A DNA stretch of 64,000 nt from a virus. Lineage: Duplodnaviria; Caudoviricetes. A program made the position numbers and the translations under genes. The stretch is taken from IMG/VR virus record IMGVR_UViG_3300012207_000003, positions 163 to 64,162 of that record, one strand, 5' to 3'. Each line of letters begins with the position of its first letter. The first letter of the stretch is position 1. This document shows, one piece after another, positions 60,125 through 64,000 of this stretch. The notes beneath the pieces are model-generated. The model was not told the origin of the DNA. It was given only the letters and a program-made list of their open reading frames with translations, and did not search any database.

Positions 60125-60376
60125 TTACTCGTTTGGAGGAAATTCTGTAAAGTCTGGAATATCCTCTATATAATACATCCCCATCGTGAGATTGTCGTTA
60201 TCATTGACAGTTTTAAGCGCATGCAATACCAGATCATAGGCACATTGAGCAAGGAGTATAGCCATATCATTTCTTAAAGACTTTGGATGGATAGGAATAA
60301 GACGCTTTTGCTCAAGTTTGTCAATTTCCAGATTGGCAAACCCTAGAAACCTGGTATCTCTTTCTTGGTTAGACAT
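60125..60376 (-). CDS. hypothetical protein, paralog family A (antisense insertion)
   Basis: ERDTRFLGFAN...LAQCAYDL..HA...IPDFTEFP. Confidence 0.6.
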   Translation of the reverse strand: MSNQERDTRFLGFANLEIDKLEQKRLIPIHPKSLRNDMAILLAQCAYDLVLHALKTVNDNDNLTMGMYYIEDIPDFTEFPPNE

Positions 60377-60414
60377 TTTAGTAGGTTGTCCTTTCTTTTA
60401 GGAGAAATTATATC

Positions 60415-61071
60415 ATGATAATTGACTTATCACAGGTACACACGCTTTTCCTGTTTGTACTCCCTGCCTTGCTTGGTGTACTCGCTGGTTTAATTCGACA
60501 AGATAAGCTTCCTAAGTGGCTTAATGAACTTATCTTACTTGCCATTGTTGGACTTGTAGCACTCTCACAAGCTCTCCTGGATGGAAAACTAGGTACAAGT
60601 CCCCTTGCTGATTTTATGATACTTGGTACATATTGTACTGCTCTTATTAAACTCACACCGATTAATGACCTTATGAAATCAGTTCAAAGTGTTACGAGCA
60701 TTGGAGGTAAAGCTCCTGTCGTTACTTCCTCACCGCTTGATCTAGGTCAATTAGCGAATCGGATTGCGCCGTTTCTTGCACAGGAATTAGTCAAGTTACG
60801 CATGGCTAGTGCTATACCTGTAGTACAACCGTCACAGCAAGCCCAGTCGCCAGTACAACAGTCAAACATAGCATTTACTACTCCTGTGCCTCAACCGCCC
60901 TATGCCAATCCTGTACAGCCACAGGTGTATGGTGTGAATAGTGGCCCTCCTGTGCAAATGCAAGCAACATTCACAGATCCAAACCAGGTGTATAATCTAC
61001 AAACTCAGCAAGTGCAATCTGTTCCTGCTCAAAACTGGCAACAAGTACCACAACCTGGACAAAGCGGCTAG
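60415..61071 (+). CDS. holin-like protein with Gln/Pro-rich tail
   Basis: 3 TM helices (LI.Q..LP.W.N) then low-complexity Q/P/V segment. Confidence 0.6.
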   Translation: MIIDLSQVHTLFLFVLPALLGVLAGLIRQDKLPKWLNELILLAIVGLVALSQALLDGKLGTSPLADFMILGTYCTALIKLTPINDLMKSVQSVTSIGGKAPVVTSSPLDLGQLANRIAPFLAQELVKLRMASAIPVVQPSQQAQSPVQQSNIAFTTPVPQPPYANPVQPQVYGVNSGPPVQMQATFTDPNQVYNLQTQQVQSVPAQNWQQVPQPGQSG

Positions 61072-61146
61072 AAAAGCTGTATGATAGGAGTGCATACTTG
61101 GAACTCCTTGTGAACTACAACCGAAACGTGAACTACAACCGAAACA

Positions 61147-61195
61147 CAAGACCCTCACCGCTCGCACAGTCAATTAGGCGAAGTGAGGGTTTTGT
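61147..61195. terminator. hairpin between convergent operons
   Basis: ACCCTCAC...GTGAGGGTTTT. Confidence 0.55.
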
Positions 61196-61253
61196 GCGTT
61201 ATATAACCAGCTAACATTTTCATCTTCAAGATAAAGTATGGAATGCCTTGAAG

Positions 61254-62155
61254 TCAAGCTTGTCGTAAAAGTACAAGGCTTGTTCCTTCTGATTGAATAA
61301 TTGTTCCATCAGGAAGTGCATAAGAACCATTAATCGGGATAGGGCAATCTGTTTCAAGCCAGTTACTTACATGTCCTTTCCCTACTGGTTGAGTATAAAA
61401 GGAAATACTTCCCTCTATAGCTCGTTCTAATGGTATCTGACACACAAATCCATTTTTTTGTAAAGCTTCAACTACTCGCTTATCAGTGATTAACCATTGT
61501 TTCATTTCTTGTTTGCTTTCCTCTTCCATTTGCCTACTATTTTCTTCTTAGAAATGCCTTTCGGTCTATTGTATCGCTCTCCACAATCTAAGGCGATTTG
61601 AAGCAGCATGGATGAAAAGTCATTCTGATATGACTCCTCTGCTATCACTGCTTTAAAGCCTCTCAGGTCACGACAGGCATGTTCAGCTAAGACAAAATAC
61701 CGTGAGCGTTGCGCCCAGTCAATGACCCATGTTTGATTTTGTTCCCAGTATGCCCTGGTTTTGAGTGCTTTTGTATTCAATTCCTCATTGCCAAATTCAA
61801 TAAAGTAGTCGAGGATTGGTACGCACATCTCGTGCATCACATCCCCATGTTTAGAAACAGGTTGATTTCTTTGGTAGATTGATGCAGAGATTGATGCAGG
61901 ATGTAGTGATGTGATAGGTTCTTTGGGTTGTTCCATTTATAATTCCTTTGCTTTAGGAATAAATGCCCAATAGAAGAAACTGATTTTATTTTCATGTTGC
62001 AAACCTTGCATAATACTATCCCAAATATAACAGTTACCGTCTGGAATAGCTGCTTCATATACTGCATGAAATCTCGTTTCCCCTGTCTTCTTAAAATCAG
62101 ACATTGAAGTGGGTACAACTTCCTCTTTCAGAATAAAAACTTCATAATAATACAC
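61254..62155 (-). CDS. three hypothetical genes (61937-62155, 61502-61936, 61254-61529)
   Basis: Abutting ORFs downstream of the sigma gene. Confidence 0.45.
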
Positions 62156-62156
62156 T

Positions 62157-63026
62157 TTATTTCTCCAGTACTTTCCTGAGTTTCCTCATAGCTACTTCTT
62201 CAATTTGGCGCACACGTTCACGCGTGACACCAAGTTCCCTGGCTATCTCTTGTAACACGTGCGCACGGCCATCTGCGCCTATGCCAAATCTCAACTTGAT
62301 AACGTGTTGCTCACGTTCTGTTAAGCAAGCAAGAGCTTTTTTGACACGTTCGGATATTTCATCTTGTTCAACATCTATCTCGGCGGTTGCTTTTTCGTCT
62401 GCAATCAGATCACCTAGGCACACATCTTCATGGTCAGCTACAGGCACGTCCAATGAAAGCATATAATACATGTGTTGCCAGATCAAGACTATCTCTCCTG
62501 GTTTTTCCCCTGCTATCTCAGCTAATTCTTCTAATCCAGGTTCATAGCCATATTGCATAGTGAAGTTGGTAAAATGCCTCTTCAGTCTATTCCGTTTCTC
62601 AACGCTATAGCAAGGGATGTGAATCATATATTCTAATCCTGGTAACGCTCTGGTGATCGCTTGCCGAATCCAGCCTGTAGCATAGGTTGAGAACTTGTAT
62701 CCGAGTCGCCAATTAAAGGTTTGGGTAGCTCGCATAAGCCCTATATTCCCCTCCTGTATCAAGTCGTGCAGGGAAATATCACCTCTTTGATAATATCTGG
62801 CTACTGAAATCACAAGGCGGAGATTGGATTGTATCAGAGTTGTTCTAGCTGACTCGTTCCCCTGCTCGATTCTCTGCATCAAATCAATCTCTTCCTGTTT
62901 ACTGAGCAGGGGGTATTGACGTACCTGTTCAATATACCAGGCCATATCATCAGTTAATTCAAAGCTTCTCTGTGCTGCAAAGATGCCTTGACGCTGCATA
63001 GGACGTGTTTGTGGAACTGCTACCAT
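62157..63026 (-). CDS. RpoD/SigA-like RNA polymerase sigma factor (no region 1.1)
   Basis: PLLS..EE..L, NLRLVISVA, DLIQEGNIGL, GYKFSTYATGWIRQAI, SLD, GVTRERVRQIE. Confidence 0.95.
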   Translation of the reverse strand: MVAVPQTRPMQRQGIFAAQRSFELTDDMAWYIEQVRQYPLLSKQEEIDLMQRIEQGNESARTTLIQSNLRLVISVARYYQRGDISLHDLIQEGNIGLMRATQTFNWRLGYKFSTYATGWIRQAITRALPGLEYMIHIPCYSVEKRNRLKRHFTNFTMQYGYEPGLEELAEIAGEKPGEIVLIWQHMYYMLSLDVPVADHEDVCLGDLIADEKATAEIDVEQDEISERVKKALACLTEREQHVIKLRFGIGADGRAHVLQEIARELGVTRERVRQIEEVAMRKLRKVLEK

Positions 63027-63463
63027 CTCTGTTACTCCTCCTTTTATTTCCACTTTTCGAGTACTGCGGTAGAATAGTTCTATAGTACCTTGAAAACAGA
63101 ATAGTGCTTGTCGGTTCCAGGGTAATTCGGTTCCCTGGGTAAAAACACTACCGTGTCAACCAATGTACATCTCTCTTTCAATTTGCCACTTGCGAGAACC
63201 ATGCAAGCGATGAATACCAGACTGAGAAGCTACCGCAGGGCTTGCGGGAAGCAAATGCCTGTGGAGGCGGTGTAAGACCAAATGAACAACTTGGTGTCTG
63301 TTTGGCAACCTCCAACGAAGCAGGAAAGCCTACTTGTGAGAGTAGGAGTCCCCTGGATTTATCCAAGGGAGATGTCAATCCTCCCAGTTTGTTGTCCGAT
63401 CCTGAGCAAATACAATAACAAAGCCAATGATGCTGTAAATGAAGACTCCAAGTGCTATCAAGT

Positions 63464-63847
63464 TCATGGGATGTTATTCCTTTCTATGCGTACAACGGGT
63501 CTAAGTGAGGTTATTTCCTCGGATGTATCAGAGTTCAACCAGTTATCATGCATGAACGCTAGTCGTGTTCTGTGCATTCCTGGAACATTTCTAACTGGTT
63601 TCATCTCTTCGGTTTCACGTGTGAATTGGTTCTGTCTACACAAAGGACAATACAGCCAGGAACCATCTGGTTTAGGTTCTGTCTCAGTCCATAATGGCGA
63701 TAAATGCAAAGGACATACAGGCATTATGAATTGCACAGGTTGTACTTTCTTGATGCCTGCGGTATGGCCTAACCTGTACGCTGCCCATAGCTGTTGTTCC
63801 AATGACAGCGTTTCATCGATAGCATTTTCAAGAGTGGTGTCCATCAT
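63464..63847 (-). CDS. hypothetical zinc-ribbon protein
   Basis: GAGG SD; CPLH...CPLC. Confidence 0.5.
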   Translation of the reverse strand: MMDTTLENAIDETLSLEQQLWAAYRLGHTAGIKKVQPVQFIMPVCPLHLSPLWTETEPKPDGSWLYCPLCRQNQFTRETEEMKPVRNVPGMHRTRLAFMHDNWLNSDTSEEITSLRPVVRIERNNIP

Positions 63848-64000
63848 CGTATTCCTCTTCCAACCTTTCCGAAAAACATATGGAGCGCATGGGGCATTGT
63901 TGCGCTAGTTTGTCCTGCGGGGAATGACAGACACGATCAGATAACATCTTTATGCCATGATTTTTAACCATGTACGTATTGCCATTTATTTCATCTACTC

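Noticed and set aside
24436-61071. Stop-codon reassignment
   Set aside because: Structural genes are full length in the standard code, and TAA, TAG and TGA all end genes.
61110-61145. GTGAACTACAACCGAAAC x2 as a mini-CRISPR
   Set aside because: Two abutting 18-bp copies with no spacer; a simple tandem duplication.
63282-63908. 208-aa + strand ORF and the many other short antisense ORFs
   Set aside because: They overlap better-supported opposite-strand genes and lack an SD or motifs; treated as shadow ORFs.

Overview
This window is most or all of a tailed dsDNA phage genome, siphovirus-like because there is no tail sheath gene. Layout: replication and recombination genes (Cas4-like exonuclease, gp32-like SSB, two helicases, DNA methyltransferase, RusA, DUF3987 protein, primase; 1-12.5 kb); a mostly minus-strand accessory region (12.6-22.1 kb); a non-coding control or genome-end region (22.2-24.4 kb); the packaging, head, tail and lysis operon (24.4-61 kb); and a minus-strand block with an RpoD-like sigma factor. 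No integrase, CRISPR array or reverse transcriptase is visible. The host is not identifiable from the sequence; a filamentous soil bacterium such as Ktedonobacteria is a guess from gene style. Main leads: (1) a TraB/FtsK-like membrane ATPase, a SpdA/DUF2637-like membrane DNA-binding protein and several small membrane proteins, resembling an actinomycete conjugation/mycelial-spread module inside a phage; (2) a predicted -1 frameshift (T TTT TTC plus hairpin) fusing the portal to a MuF-like domain with no plausible start of its own; (3) a 127-nt tRNA-shaped RNA whose anticodon arm is replaced by a large structured insert; (4) two ~150-bp iteron-rich inverted repeats flanking a 1.7-kb segment just before terS; (5) three glycoside hydrolase domains and shared docking peptides in virion proteins. 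All calls are by eye from motifs and gene order; no database search was run.
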